DNA of 64,000 nt from an uncultured Planctomycetota bacterium (GCA_963823665.1 CAWGMQ010000005.1:416001-480000), one strand, 5' to 3'; counted from the stretch's first letter, positions 31,393-45,426 are shown. Made by a program: numbers and translations. The notes: generated by a model not told the origin, from the letters alone.

Positions 31393-34300
31393 ATGCGCGT
31401 ACTACTCGCACTCGGGCAACCACGTCGTGCTTCCTGGGAGTCTCTGCGGCGGGCAAGGCGCAAGTGTTTGCTGCGCCGGAAGCTGAGCTTCCATGAGCTG
31501 GAAGACCGCACGCTGCTCTCGACGATCGTTTGGGACAGCACCGATCACCCGAAGGGCGGGAGCTGGGACGTCGCCGCGAACTGGGTCGGCGGCGTCCTGC
31601 CTGGTTCGAGCAACGACGTGGTCATCGACCTGACGGCCGCCGGCACGGTCACGCTCGGAACCGGCGTTACCGATACGGTCAAAAGCCTGATGACCAACGC
31701 GAATACTTCCATCAGCATCACGACGGACACCCTCGCGCTCGCTTCGACCTCCAGCATCGGCGGGGGAGTGAATGTGACGCAGGGCACGCTCAACGTGAAC
31801 TCGGGATCGCTGAGCGTTGGCGGTGCGCTGACTCAGTCGGGCTCCGTGAATATTGCGGCGGGCACCACACTGACCACGAGCGGGGCCTACACCCAGTCGT
31901 CGGGGACCACGACGCTTGCGAGTGGTGGTATGCTGACGTCCTCGGCGAACGGCGTGGCGATCAACGGCGGCACGCTCGCCGGGTCGGGCACCATCACCGG
32001 GTCCGTCACCAACGCGGGCAACATCGTCCCCGGTGGGACGGATGCGGCGGGAATTCTCACGATCACGGGCAACTATACGCAGACCTCGGGCGGGACCCTC
32101 ACCGTCAGTCTCAGCGGCACGGCCCCGGGCTCGGACGACGGAGAGTTGGTTGTGAGCGGCAAGGCCGCGCTGGGAGGCAACCTCAACCTCAATCTGTTCG
32201 GCGGCTATATTCCCAACGACGGCGACCAGTACGTGGTTCTCGGCTACGGGTCCTCCGGCACTCATTTCGCGAACATCACCTATGCGAACTTCCCTGACGG
32301 TACGACGGTCACTCCCACCTACAACTCGAGCGACTTGACGCTTGTGGCGAACGTCCCGCCGCCGGTTGATTTCGGGAAGCTCGATACCGACCTCACGACT
32401 CATCTCAGCAATATTCAGTCCAGCGTGGATTCCGGGCTCAAGCAGGCCGTGGCAAACGCCGTGCCGATACCGATCATCGGCCAGAGCCTCACCAGCGTCT
32501 CGCCGATCACGAGCGGGCTGGGAGCGATCATCCAGCCGCTCATCGCCGCGTTCCAATCGATCCAGGGAATCGCAGAGAATTCCCCCAAGCTGGGTTCCAC
32601 GATCCAGTCCGCGGTGTACGCCTACCTTTCGGCGGGGGTCGCGGGCAACCCGGGAGTCGTGACACTTGCGGACCTGAACGACCAGAACAACGGCGGTATC
32701 TCGCAGAATGACGTCATCGTCCAGACCGGTCTCGACCAGGACCACACGTTCTCCGTCGAGGTGCTCGTGACGGTGACCAATCCCGCGAGCATCGGGTTCA
32801 GCCTGGGCCTGGGCAATTTCCTGACGCTCAAATCAACCTTTAGCCTTCCGTTCCAACTGACCACCGACTATCTGCTCTCGTTCAAGTTCGATCCGACCAC
32901 GAATACGTTCACTCCCGATAACACCGCGAACCTTGCGGGCCAACCTGAGGCGCCGGATGCAGGGATACTCCCGGACGTGCCGCTGGCCGTCACTCTCGAC
33001 CTGGAGTCGTCGTCAACGTCGGCATCGTCTGCTACGGGTCAGCTCGCCGGACTTCTGTACGCCACAGTGTCGGACGCAGGCTCGAGCTTCATGGCGGCCC
33101 TCGGCGTGGGCCTGGACTCTGACGATAACGCCTCACTGACTTTGACGGGGAGTGCGACCGCCCACGTAGAGGTGAGCCTCACTTTTGGCAATCCGAGCGA
33201 CAACACCGGGATCAATCCGACGATCTCGACGGGCCTGGACTTCAACGTGAGCTTCGATTCCTCGTCGCTCGAGGGCGGGAGCTCGTCGTCGCCATTCGGC
33301 GACATCAGTCCGATCACGGTCGAGGCGGTCTCCGTGAGCCTCAATCTCGAGTTCCTGAACCCGATCCTCTCGGCCATCCAGACGGTCACCGAGCCGCTCC
33401 AACCCATCATTAACATCCTGGACGCACAGGTCCCCGGCCTCAATGAACTGGGGATCCACGAGACCCTGATCGGCCTCTTGCTGGGCGTGACCGGCAACGG
33501 CGACGAGCAGACGCCCGTCCAGGACTTCCTGAACCTGGTCACTGACATCAACCAGTTCCACATCAACTAGGGTAACGATTCGCTCAGCTTCACGGTCCTC
33601 GACAAATTTCAGATCCAGGTTCCCAATTTCAGCGCGGGGACCTCAAGCACGCTCGGTAGTCCGCAACCGAACTCCGATGCGGACCCGAATGATGATCAAT
33701 CCTGGAAAAACTCGGCAGTGGGCCAGCTCAACGACGACGAATCGGACGGCGGTTCGTCCGGAACGTCCATTTTCACATTCCCCTTTCTCACCGATCCGGT
33801 CCATGAACTGATTCCATTGCTCCTGGACCCAACCAGCTCCTCTGCCGCCCCGCCGGTGCTCTTCGAGCTCACCACGCCGGATATCAGCGTGAAGGGCGGC
33901 GTCCCGATCCCGATCGGATCGGTCCCGCCGTTCATTCCGGTCATTGATCTTGTCCTGGGCGCGAAGCTCGACATGCAACTGGCAGTGGGATACGACCTCA
34001 CGGGTTTGATGCTGATCGCGCACGGGGGGCCCCCCAGCGACCTTCTCGACGGCTTCTTCATCGACGACAGCGTGACGCACATCACGACGAGTGGGACCAT
34101 CGGGCTCGAAGCCGACGCGTACCTCGCAAGCATCCAAGGCGACCTTAGCGTTGGACTGACACTGTCGCCCGCGCCCAACGGACCGGGCGACCGGACTTAC
34201 CTGTACAAGCTTCCGGGCGAGTCGATCGACCAGATTCTCAATTTCTCCGCGGACATCACGCTGTCATTCACGGTCAGCGTGGGTATCGAGCTCGGGCCGA

Positions 34301-37300
34301 TCCAGGCGACCTTGTTCAGCTTCACCATCGGGCCGTTCACCCTCGCCCAGTTCGGGACGGCGTACAGCGCTCCGTCGATCCAACTGGACACCAGCCCAAC
34401 GATCGCGATCACCGAGACGAACTCGGAGTCGGGGAACATCGTCGTTCATCAGGCGACCATTCCGGACCCGAACACGGCCAATCAAAATGACGTTGTCATC
34501 GAGGTCGATTACCCCGACGGCACCCACGATTACTATCCCGTGGAGGCGCTTGACGCGACGACCAACAATCCGATCAGCCGGCCCAGCTCCTGGCCCACCA
34601 ACTACCAGATCATCACCGAGACGAACGGGTTGGCATCGTTTCCGATCATGGACCCCACGGCGATCACGCAGGGTCAGACGATCATCGTCAACTCCGACGT
34701 CGTGAATTACAACGCGAACAACCAGCAAGAGCCCGTCAACGCGGTGCTGATCGGCGGCGAGGGCAACGACGAGCTGGAGTATTACGCCAGCGGGAACGCG
34801 CTTTTGATCGGCAACGGCGGCAGCAACACCCTGCTCGGCGGCGGCAAGGGCACCGTCTATGCCTTCGGCGATTCCATCGATCCACACCAGCCCGATCCCC
34901 TCCTCAGTAATCCCGCCTGGTTCAGCTCGATGCCGTCCTCGATTTATAATTTCGTGTTTACACCGCAGGGCTCGCACGGCGAGCTGGCCGTTCCTACCGA
35001 TGAGAACCACCACGGAATCGATCGCCGGGGCGGGGAACGGCGACTTCCTCGAGGGCGGGGCGGGCGGCAACGCGTTCGGGGAAAGCGGCGACAACTTCGA
35101 AATCGTGACCGAAGGGAACACGGCGAATCAGATCGAGATCTCGCCGGCCACCGGCAAAGGCTCGGGCCAGACGATCTATCACAGCATCTACTTCACGAGC
35201 ACCGTAGCGGGGAGTAGCCCCGGCAACTGGATGGGTCTGAGCCCGGATTCGACGGACAACCTGGTGTTGAGCAGCGTGGCTGCCACGTCAAACTCGAACG
35301 CGTATCTTCAGATTGCCGGGACCGAGACGAACCTCAACGTGTATGGCGAAGTGCAGTACGTGTCGCTCTCGATCTCGGGCGGGACACTCGAGCTCGGCGA
35401 CATGTCGGCCCTCTCGACGTTCGTCACTTTCATCATCCAGGAAGACAGCGGGCTCGACTCGTCGAGCCCGCTCACGACCGGTAGTCCAAACACAATCATC
35501 ATGGATGGGCCCGCCTCGGGCGCCGCTGCGAATATCATCGTGGGCGGCTACCCGGTCTACGAAGGAATCAATGGGGCGGCTGAGTTCGACGGCGTTCCCC
35601 CGTTCTACGACCTCGTCGCCGGGGATTTCTCGACCGACACGGAGGCTGTCTTCCAGGGCCTGACCAATCAGGACACGGTTTACATGCAAATGCAGGGCGG
35701 TTCGGCGTACGTGAACAGCCCTGAGGAGACGGGCCTGGTGGTGCCGACCCTGGGCGACCTCGGCCTCGAGCAGATCGACTTCAATGGAGGGGTCCCGGTT
35801 CAGGGCGAGGGCCGGAAGGCCAACAGCATTACTATCTACGGCGGGGCCGGCGACAGTTTGGTCATGTCCCCCGACAGCAGCCCGCCCGGCTCACTCTTGA
35901 CCGACAACCAGACCACAGACGGCGAAACGGTCGGCGGAATCGACCTCATTGGAACGGCTCCCGGCGACACGACCACGATTTACGGCGGGATGCCCCCGGC
36001 CGGCGACTTCCTCACGTATACCGACTCGTTCGACATCGACGCCTCGTACCTCAGTGGAAACCTCAATCTGATCGGAGGCTATGGTTCGCTCGCGACTCAG
36101 GAGCTGGTCAACGACTACTTCCTGATCACCAACGTCAGCGCCCTACTCTCGACCTACATGGTCGGCGGCGGTGCGGCCAACACCTTCTACATCGAGCACA
36201 ACGGGGGACTCAACAGCAATATCACGATCGTCGGCGGCCCGGGCGGCGCGGCGACCGATACCCTGGTCGTCGACCGCACGGAGACGTCGAAGAAGGACCC
36301 GGACAGTCTCACGTTCAGCGCGGGCACAAGCCCCCTCGTCGGCAATCAGAACGTGGGCGTGCAGATGACGGGGACCGATACCTCGATCTTCGAGTATGGC
36401 GTCTACACCATCGACGTGGGGATGCACGGCGGAACTCTCGACGTGAACGACCTCATCGCGGCGGGTTCGTACAATGTCAACGTCGTCGGCCTGGCGAGCC
36501 CCGCCGGCAATCCCAATCATATCATCATCGAGGCGCCAAACAGCTATGGGGATGCGATCTCGGTGGACACCGGGTTGACCATCGATGACGCGGCAACGGA
36601 GACGGACTATTCGATCACCGGGTTAGTGGCCCAGGACGATGTGCGGATCAAGCTCCGAGGATACGGTATCGAGACGGTCAACGACCTCCAGACCCTCGGC
36701 CCATACACCCTGTTCTTCGATGGATCGGCGGAGGGTAGGCGCGGCTCTTACTTCGAAATCCCCATGGTCGTGCCTGACTTCGCTCTCGGTGTGGACAAAG
36801 ACTCGGAGGGGGATACGGAGTTCTCGTCTGGAGAAGGCATTGTCGTCTTCCACGACCCGATTCCCGCCGACCAGTTCGCCCTTGCCGACGAATCACTCTC
36901 CGGCACGACAAATTACTTCGACGTCGCCGATGCAACGGCCCTCGTGGGTTCCCTCGAGATCGGGGGCAGCCAGTTCGGCACGACGGCCTCCGACTTGTTC
37001 GAGGTCGACGCCACGCCCACCGCCAACCTCGCCATCACGCTGCATTCGGGTTTTGGAGCGAATGTCTACGACCTCGATGATGTGGGAAACAATGAGGGAA
37101 TTACGATCGACGCAGACTCCGGGACCAACAAGCTTATCCTCGACCACACCGGGTCTTCATCCACGAGTCCGTATAATCTGACGCTCTCGGCGATGTACGT
37201 CGAAGATTACAGGCGTCAAGCTGTGATCGTCACCGGCGAGACAACCTCCGCAGTCGTGATCGGCGTGCTGGACATCGACGTCAACATGTACGGCGGGACG

Positions 37301-40300
37301 CTCGACGTGGGCGACCTCTCGGCCGTGGGTGCCACGAACATCGTCGTGACGGGCAAGGCGCACATCCCGAAAGATCCCAATGAGGTCGTCGTCGAGCCGC
37401 CAGCGATGGGCGCGCCGGACAATCTCGATGTCATATCGGACGGCGGGCTGGACATCGGCGACACGGCGACCGATACGACTTACCTGGTCACGGGGTTCGT
37501 GACCCAGGACGACGTGCGGATCAAGCTCAATGGCGGCGGCTCCGAAACCGTCGACGACCTGGACATGCTCGGGGATTACGGGCTGATCTTCGACGGTTCG
37601 GACCGGTCGAGCGGCGCCAACACGCTCAACGTTCAGCTCGCCACGCCCGGCTTCGTGGCGACGATGGCCACCGAGTCAGTCGGTGATCCGCAGCTCCAGG
37701 ACGCCAACGGCCTGCTATCCTTCCACGGCTCGATCTCGACCGACCACATGAACGTTGAAGACGAGGTGCCGCTCGGTACGCCGGGCGATCTCACCGATAC
37801 ATTCGACATCGACGACTCGGCCCTCCAGGGCACGCTCGACCTGGTCGGCACCAAGTGGACCCCGGTGCCAGTCGCCGACACGTTCGAGGTCACCAACACG
37901 CCTGTAACCGGCCTGACGACCGATCTCACCGGCGGCACGGGGTCCAATGTCTTTGACATCGTTCACGGTGGACTCAATATCCTTGACGGTGGAATCAACA
38001 GGGGCATCATCGTCTCGGGCGGGAGCGGCAGCAACGAGCTCGTCCTCGACCGTAGCCGGTCGTCGGGCGCGGCGCCCGACAGTGTCACGCTCGCCACGCC
38101 GGACAATAATATGACCTCTCCCGCCGGGCACGTTCAAGTCACCGGAACGTCGACGTCGTTCATGGCGTCCAACGTTTATAACATTCAAGTCAACATGTAT
38201 GGCGGCACGCTCTACGCCGGCGACTTGAGCCCGGCCGGCAAGTTCGCCGTCGACGTGACGGGCGAGGCCAGCCCTGACCGCGACGCCAACCACGTCGTCA
38301 TCGAGCCGCCGCTGGGGAATGCGCGAGACAACGTCACGGTTCTTGCAGGGATGGCGATCGAGGACACGGCCACCAGTACAAATTATAACTTTTACCAACT
38401 GGCCGCGCAGGACGACGTGCGGATCATGCTCAATGGGAGCGGTACCGAGACTGTCAATAACATCGAGACCCTCGGCCCCAGCACGCTGATCTTCGACGGT
38501 TCGGCACGCTCCCTCGGCGGCAACACGCTCAGTGTGCCGCTTACAGAGGCTTTCCTCGCGAACTTCGTCATCGACGCGGCCGGAGATCCGGAGCTCCAGG
38601 AGAACGGCGGCGGGCTGGTGGCCTTCCATGGGTCGATTCCAACCGACCAGTGGAACATTACCGACAGAGCGACCTCGAACAATTTTGGCAACACCATCAA
38701 CGTCGAAGATGACTCGGCCCTCGAGGGGACGCTCGAGCTCGTGGGCGGACCGGATAAAGATGAGTTCAACGTCTACAACACCGCCGCCGCCAACCTCACG
38801 ACCGAGCTGGTCGGGGGCGCGGGACAGACTGACTTCACCATTCAACACGGCGGCGTCAATGAGAACATCGCGGTCATCGGGGGTACGGGCGTCAACGACC
38901 TGTTCCTCGACCGTCCCCAGACATCGGCCACTGCGCCCGATTTCCTGGCCCTCTCCAGCGGCAGCACGAGCCCGGGCGGGCCGGCCAACGTCGTGGATAT
39001 CACCGGTACCGAGACATCGATCACGGCGTCAGGCGTCTTCGCCTTCGGCATCGACATGTACGGAGGAACGCTCGACGCGGGCGACCTGGGGCCGCTGGGG
39101 TCGCAAGCCACCTACCTGGTGCACGCCTTGGCGAGTCCTGCGTGCGACCCGAATCACGTCATCATCGAGCCGCCGCTCGACAATGCCCCGGACAACATCA
39201 CGGTCCTCTCCGGACCGATCGTCGCGGACACGGCCACCGACACAGATTACTTCTTCGAGGATCTGGCGGCGCAGGACGACATTCGGATCAAGCTCAACGG
39301 CGGTGGTTCCGAGACCGTCGACGACCTCCCGACCGTCGGTCCTGAAAACCTGATCTTCGACGGTTCGAATCGGTCGGGCGGGAGCAACACGCTCAACGTG
39401 CCGATCGCGCTCTCCAGCTTCGCGCTTTCGATGGCCACCGACGCGGCGGGCGATCCCCAGCTCAAGGATGGCGGCGTGGTCTCGTTCCACGGGTCGACGC
39501 CGGCTGACGTGCTCACCGTCAGCGACCAGGTCACGAGCGGAGGCCCCCGTACCTTCGACAGCTTCCAGATCGACGACTCGGCGCTCGAGGGAACGCTCAA
39601 GCTCGTGGGCAACCAATCGACGTCGGACGAGATCAAGAACTCGTTCACGGTGACGTCGACACCCAGTGCGAATCTCGCCACCGACCTGATCGGCGGGACG
39701 GGCCCGAACTACTTCGACATCGTGCACGACGCGGTCAACCAGGGCATCAACGTGACCGGCGGCCCCAGCCTCAATAGCCTGGTCGTGGACAGGGACGCGC
39801 CGTCGGCGCCGGCTCCCGACAGCCTTGCGATCACGGCAATCCAGTCCGAGCCGGATCCGGAGTTGCAGGTCACCGGCACGACGACATCCGTGATCGCGAC
39901 CGGCCTCTTCACCGTCGACGCAAACATGAACGGCGGCACGCTCGACGTGGGCGGCCTGAGTCTGCTCGGCGGCGATTCCCTCAGTGTAACCGGCAGCCCC
40001 AGCGCCCCGACCGACGTCACCCTCGACGCGACTTCGCTTGTCGGGTACTTCCTCACGCTTGGCGACGGCCCGGAGAGTTTTGAGTCGTTCCAGTGGAAAC
40101 TGCCCCGTGGCGTCCAATCGGCGATCGACCTCCAGCAGAACTCGGTCGAATTGACGCTCGAGCTCCCGACGAGCGAATCCAACAATCTGGTCAACCTGAC
40201 CGTCAACGATACCGGGCTTCTTCCCACGACCATCGACGAAGGTCCGGTACCAACCATCGTGGCCGGCACGACCGGGTCCCTGACCTTCCAGAGCAACGAT

Positions 40301-42696
40301 CCCGCCTCGATCACGATCGGCCTTGCGGGCAGCGTGCAAGGACTGAACGGCGCGGTAAACGTTCTGACGACGACCCCGACCAGCTCGCCCTCCAGCCTGG
40401 TCGTCGACGATTCGGCCGATACCAAAGCAGAATCGGTTGACCTCGCGCCCGCGGCGGGCGGCCTGTACTCGATCACCGGCCTGGCGCCGGTGCCGATCGC
40501 CTTCACCGCGGCGCAGTATGCCCTCACTCTCAACGGGGGACCGGCCGGTAACACGTTTGACGTGGTGGACACCGAGGCCGGGGCTGGGCTCACCGTTAAC
40601 GCCGGCTCGGGCAGCGACGCGATCACCGCCCAGGTCGCGGGCACCGGCGGATTCGCCCCGCTGACCGTCAACGGCGGGCTCGGCCTCAACTCGCTCGCTG
40701 TCATCGGCAGCAACGACAATCCGGTCTTCACCGATACGCCGGCCGCCGGCCAGCCCGGTGCCGGCACGTTCACGGTGAGCTACCCGCCGAACGGTCCGAC
40801 GCGCACCATTCAGTACACCGGCATCAGCACCATCGTCAGCCCCACGACGACGGGCCTGGTCTCCTCGTCGGCGAACGACACATCCACCCTGGGCCAGTCG
40901 GTCACGTTCACGGCCACGGTGGGTGCGGACTACGCCGGCGCGGGAACGCCAGCCGGCACCGTTACCTTCATGGACGGCTCCTCGACGCTAGCGACCAAGC
41001 CGCTGACCGGCGGCGTGGCTACTTACACGACCACCACCCTGAGCGTGGGGAGCCATTCGATCACCGCGACGTTTGTTCCATCCGGCAGCTTCCAGACGAG
41101 CACTTCCCCCAAAGTCGTGCAGCTCGTCGTCACACCCCTTCAGATCTCGTCGATCGCCCCCGTGGCTCCCAATCCGCGGAACACGGCCGTCTCGACGATC
41201 AACGTCACCTTCAACGCGCCGATCAACACCAGTAGCCTGACCGCCGGCGCCCTGACGTTGACTGACGATGGAACGACGCTCTCGGTCGCCGGAGTCTCGC
41301 TGTCATTGATCTCCGGCACGACCTACGCAATCAACGGTCTGGCCGGACTAACTACGACTGACGGGAATTTTACGCTGACCGTCAACGGCGCCGACTTCCA
41401 GGAACAAACGACCGGTATGCCCGGCTCGGGAGCCCTCTCGGTTTCCTGGCTGATGGATACGACGCCGCCTACCAGCCATGTCAATCCGCTACCGGCGCGA
41501 GACCGGCCTCAGCTTCCCCGTGTCGGCCGCCGGCTCCGACCTTGGCGCCGCGCCCTCGGGGATAGCCTCGTACGCGATCTACGTCTCGAGCAACGGGGGC
41601 TCATGGTCGCAGTGGACGACGGTGCCGGCCTCCGACCCCACCGGTACCTTCACTGGCCAGAGCAACACGACCTACGCCTTTTACAGCATCGCAACCGACA
41701 ACGCCGGCAACACCGAGAGCAAGCAGCCGACGATCGAGGCCAGCACCTACGTTCCCAACCTGACCCCGCCGATCACATCGGTCGACGGGACCACCGGGGC
41801 CAACCCGACCACCGTCAACACCAGCACGGGAACCGTCACGCTCGACATCGCCGCCACTGACCCGGGTGGTGGTGTCATCACCTACTTCGAAGTCTTCGTC
41901 TCGGTCGATGGCGGGGCGTATACGATGATCAACGGAGCAGCGATCCCGGCGGGGCCGCCCAACAGCCAGGGGATCACGGATGCGACCATTCCGTACCAGG
42001 GCGTGACGGACGGCAAGAGCCATACGTACCAGTTCTACAGCATCGGCTTCGACAGCGCGGGCAACGTGCAGTCGACAGCCTCCACTCCCAAGCTGACTCT
42101 GACCGAGACCTTCGCCCAGCCGTCCGCGCTGCAGGTGACAAACCTGATCGTGGAGGATGGCGCCGTCGAACGGTCGTACATCCGTTACCTCGACATCGGC
42201 TTCAACGAATCGGACGGCCAGTCGGGTGGCGAGCTCACCGAGCTCGTCAACTCCCTCGGCTCCTCATCGCCCGCGATTCAGCTCTACAAGTACGATCTCA
42301 GCGACGACGCCTCGAGCAAGACGTCGGTTCTCGCTTTCGGGAGTGTCCGTCGAGTTGATCGACCACGCCATCGAGCTCGACTTCGGGGCGAGTGGCCTCG
42401 GTGGCAGCCCGAGCACGACGACCGCGGACGGTTATTACGAACTGGATATCAAGCTTCCGAACGGAGCGACGGCCGTTCATCACTTCTACCGGCTCCTGGG
42501 CGACGTCACCGGCGATGGTGTGGTGGACAACAACGACCTGAACGCGATCGCCGCCGAGATCAATCTGTCGAACCCAATGGGCTTCGCACCCATCGGCGCG
42601 GACATAAACGGCGACGGCACGGTCTCAGTGGTCGACCTCACGCTGGCGACCCGGGCCAAGGGGCACAAGCTGAATTCGGGACTGCCGCTGGGATGA
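31393..42696 (+). CDS. Giant surface/adhesin-like protein of about 3,770 codons (in-frame TAG at 33568; frameshifts near 35010, 41500, 42335)
   Basis: HELEDRTLLS signal, autotransporter-like beta-helix strands, five to six ~290-aa repeats, an Ig-like domain (GQSVTFTATV...GTVTFMDG...GSHSITATF), FN3-like segments and a dockerin-like C-terminus (GDVTGDGVVDNND...DINGDGTVSVVD). Confidence 0.8.
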
Positions 42697-42769
42697 TAAC
42701 CGTCTGCTACAGACGCGGGGAAACGCGGAAAAGGAACGGGGAAAAGGCCATGCACTTTCGGCGGGTCGG

Positions 42770-42940
42770 AATAAGTTGCCAATGATCCCGTAATACCCAT
42801 AGTGGCCCCGCAGTTTTTGCGTGAGCTTTTGGTATTGCTCCTTGACCGGAACGTGCCGGTTTTTACGACACCATTCCGACAGCGCTGCAAGCGCTCGCTT
42901 GAGTCGGCTCTTCGCTGTCTTCCGTTTTGACCACCCACAC
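42770..42940 (-). pseudogene. Group II intron RT/maturase (domain X) fragment, copy 1
   Basis: Translates to WVVK/RKTAKSRLKRALAALSEWCRKNRHVPVKEQYQKLTQKLRGHYGYYGIIGN. Confidence 0.8.
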
Positions 42941-42943
42941 GGA

Positions 42944-43091
42944 GATGTCAGACATCGACGTTTTGCCGAGCGTCGGGCACTCGCCGTCTGCGTGTTCGAA
43001 ATGATCAGAGGCCGTGGTTTTGCGCCGAAACTGTGAGGTCGCGAATGAACGGATGTGGGGGCCGTGAGACAAAGGATGGGTGTCTGGAATC
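42944..43091 (+). mobile_element. 148-bp MITE/REPIN-like element, copy A
   Basis: GATGTCAGACATCG...GATGGGTGTCTGGAATC; same length as and highly similar to the copy at 46611. Confidence 0.8.
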
Positions 43092-43131
43092 CTCATGCGA
43101 CCGGCGCCTTAGCCTGCAATCGTGTCGGGAA

Positions 43132-45033
43132 TTACACCTTCCCGGTCAACGCGTACGACAAGGCCTCGGTCTTGAGCACGTAGCCTGCCGCCTGGATCTG
43201 AAACAGTCGCGCGTAGATTTTGCCGAGCCGCATCAGGTCGTCGTGCGTTCCCTGTTCTGCCACGATCCCATCCTTGAGGACGCAAATCCGATCCGCCTTC
43301 CTCACCGTTGAGAAACGGTGCGAGATGAGGATCACCGTCTTGTCCCTGGGCAGCGCTTCCAGCTCCTCGAAGATGCGCGCTTCGGCCTCCGCGTCGATGG
43401 ACGCCGTGGGCTCATCGAGGATCAGCAGCCCGGGATCGCGGTAGAACGACCGGGCCAGAGCCAGCTTCTGGAGCTGGCCCTTGGAGGGGTCGATGCCGTC
43501 GGGAAATTCGCGCCCCACCATCTGCTCGTACTGTCCCGCCCATTCCGCGATGAATCCCTCCGCGCCGCTCCGCCGGGCGGCCTGACGAACTTTGTCCATG
43601 TCCGCCGCCGGACTGCCGTTGCGCCGGCCCATTGCGATCACTTCCTTGACGAGGAAGTGGTAGTCGGCGTAGTCCTGAAACAGCACACTCATCTGGTGGT
43701 GCCAGCTATCCAGGTTCAGGTCGCGGAGGTCGTGCCCATTTACCAGGATTCTGCCCTCGGTTGGGTCGTAAATGCGGCAAATGAGTTTTACGAGTGTCGT
43801 CTTTCCGGAGCCGTTCACGCCCACGAGCGCGACCTTCGCTCCCGAGGGGATGGCCAGCGACAGGTTTTTCAGGACCAGCTTGTCGGTTCCGGGATAAGCA
43901 AACGACACATTGTCGAGGACGATCTCTGGAGCTGCGCCCGCAGACAGCACGCGCGCATTCTGCGCGCGGGGGATGGCGGGCGGAGTGTCCATGACCTCAA
44001 ACAGGTTGGTGGCAAACAGGCTGTGCTGGTACTGATGGCCCAGGCTCAGGAAAAACCCCGAGAGGGCGTCTTGCAGCTCACGGATGGCTCCAATGACGAA
44101 GGCCATGGTGCCTACCGCCAAGGCGCCGGTCGCGACGGCATCGATGATCGACACGACGGCCACCGCGATGGCGATACCGGCGGCGGAAAGCGCACCCATC
44201 TGGTAGATCAGTTTCCGCCGCTCGTTCGCGCGGTGTTCCTCGTTGAAGGCATGCAGCAGGTCGCGCATGGCGGAGAGGAAGTACCGGACGTTCTGGAATA
44301 GCTTCAGCTCAATGAGATTTGAGAGACTGTGGAAATGGCGATGAAAGTCGGCATACCGCCGCCGCTTCTCGGCGCTAGAGTCGTGAATGCTCCAGACGCC
44401 ATAGCCGTATTTCGCTTCCAGAACGAACTTGGGAATCGCCGCCACCACGACGAGGCCGAAGATCCGCCAATCGTAGAGAGCGAGCACGGTCGCCGCCACG
44501 CTGACGCCCAGCAGGCTTTGAAGGTTGTAGAACTGTTGCTCGAGCAGGGCGACCATCGGGTAGATCCCTTGACCTTCCGCCTTGGTGAGGAGGTCCTGGA
44601 ACTTGGGGCTCTCGTAGGTGGCGACGTCGATTTCGCCCTTTCGTTCGACCAGCTTCAACTCGAAGTGCTCGTCCATCAACAGGTGCATTTTGCGATCGAG
44701 GAAGCCTTTCCAGGCGTAGAGAGCATCGGGAAGGACGGTGGCGCCGACCGCCAGGGTAGCGAGCACTGACACGCTGCCGGTGAGCCCCTGGCCCGCGGTC
44801 CGAACCAATTCATTGATCAGCAAGGCGATGATGCCCGACTGCACGAACGGAACGCCTGCGCTCAGCAGAGACAGGAGAGTCTCGGCGATGACGATGCCAG
44901 GTTGTTGCCGCCAGGTTGCCGCCAGCAGTCGACCGGCGCTTACCAGCACAAGCTTGACAGCAGACAGAGGCAGTCTCATGAATTCCTTCAGAGTCGTGTC
45001 CTTGAGAAGGGAAGCGTGTTGGTCCGACACCAT
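43132..45033 (-). CDS. ABC exporter, fused permease and ATP-binding domains
   Basis: N-terminal TM helices; GVNGSGKTT, variant signature PSKGQ, LILDEPTA, ISHRFST. Confidence 0.92.
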   Translation of the reverse strand: MVSDQHASLLKDTTLKEFMRLPLSAVKLVLVSAGRLLAATWRQQPGIVIAETLLSLLSAGVPFVQSGIIALLINELVRTAGQGLTGSVSVLATLAVGATVLPDALYAWKGFLDRKMHLLMDEHFELKLVERKGEIDVATYESPKFQDLLTKAEGQGIYPMVALLEQQFYNLQSLLGVSVAATVLALYDWRIFGLVVVAAIPKFVLEAKYGYGVWSIHDSSAEKRRRYADFHRHFHSLSNLIELKLFQNVRYFLSAMRDLLHAFNEEHRANERRKLIYQMGALSAAGIAIAVAVVSIIDAVATGALAVGTMAFVIGAIRELQDALSGFFLSLGHQYQHSLFATNLFEVMDTPPAIPRAQNARVLSAGAAPEIVLDNVSFAYPGTDKLVLKNLSLAIPSGAKVALVGVNGSGKTTLVKLICRIYDPTEGRILVNGHDLRDLNLDSWHHQMSVLFQDYADYHFLVKEVIAMGRRNGSPAADMDKVRQAARRSGAEGFIAEWAGQYEQMVGREFPDGIDPSKGQLQKLALARSFYRDPGLLILDEPTASIDAEAEARIFEELEALPRDKTVILISHRFSTVRKADRICVLKDGIVAEQGTHDDLMRLGKIYARLFQIQAAGYVLKTEALSYALTGKV

Positions 45034-45244
45034 GTTGTTGCCAGCCGCCTACCACCAGAAACTCCAGGCCACCACGGTGCCGAAACGATGACACTGATGC
45101 CACGAGTTGGAGTTCGCGAACTTGGTGAGAGGTTTTTCGCCTCGCGGGCGAAATCCTCGCGGCAAAATCATTGCTGCCCAGTGAAATCCCGTGAGGATCA
45201 CGACGGGTATGATGTCCGCGATCAGCAATCCGCGCTACCGGTAA

Positions 45245-45426
45245 GACGCAAAGACGCCCACCTTCTTAGGAGCGTCGGAGACGCGCATTCTTTTTGTTCG
45301 AAGCGACCAGCGGCCGTGCCGTGGTTCTCCGCCGAGCGTGTGGGCCGCGAATGCATGGATGGGGGGGCGGAGAAAAACGATGGGTGTCTGGATTCCTTGT
45401 GAGACAAAGGATGGGTGTCTGGAATC
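45245..45426 (+). mobile_element. Diverged copy D of the 148-bp element plus an extra right end
   Basis: GACGCAAAGACGCCCACC...GTTCGAAGCGACCAG...CGCGAATGCATGGATG...GATGGGTGTCTGGATTC, then GTGAGACAAAGGATGGGTGTCTGGAATC. Confidence 0.7.

Noticed and set aside
33568..33570. Pyrrolysine or programmed amber read-through
   Set aside because: No pyl genes are visible, and TAG serves as a normal stop elsewhere in the window.
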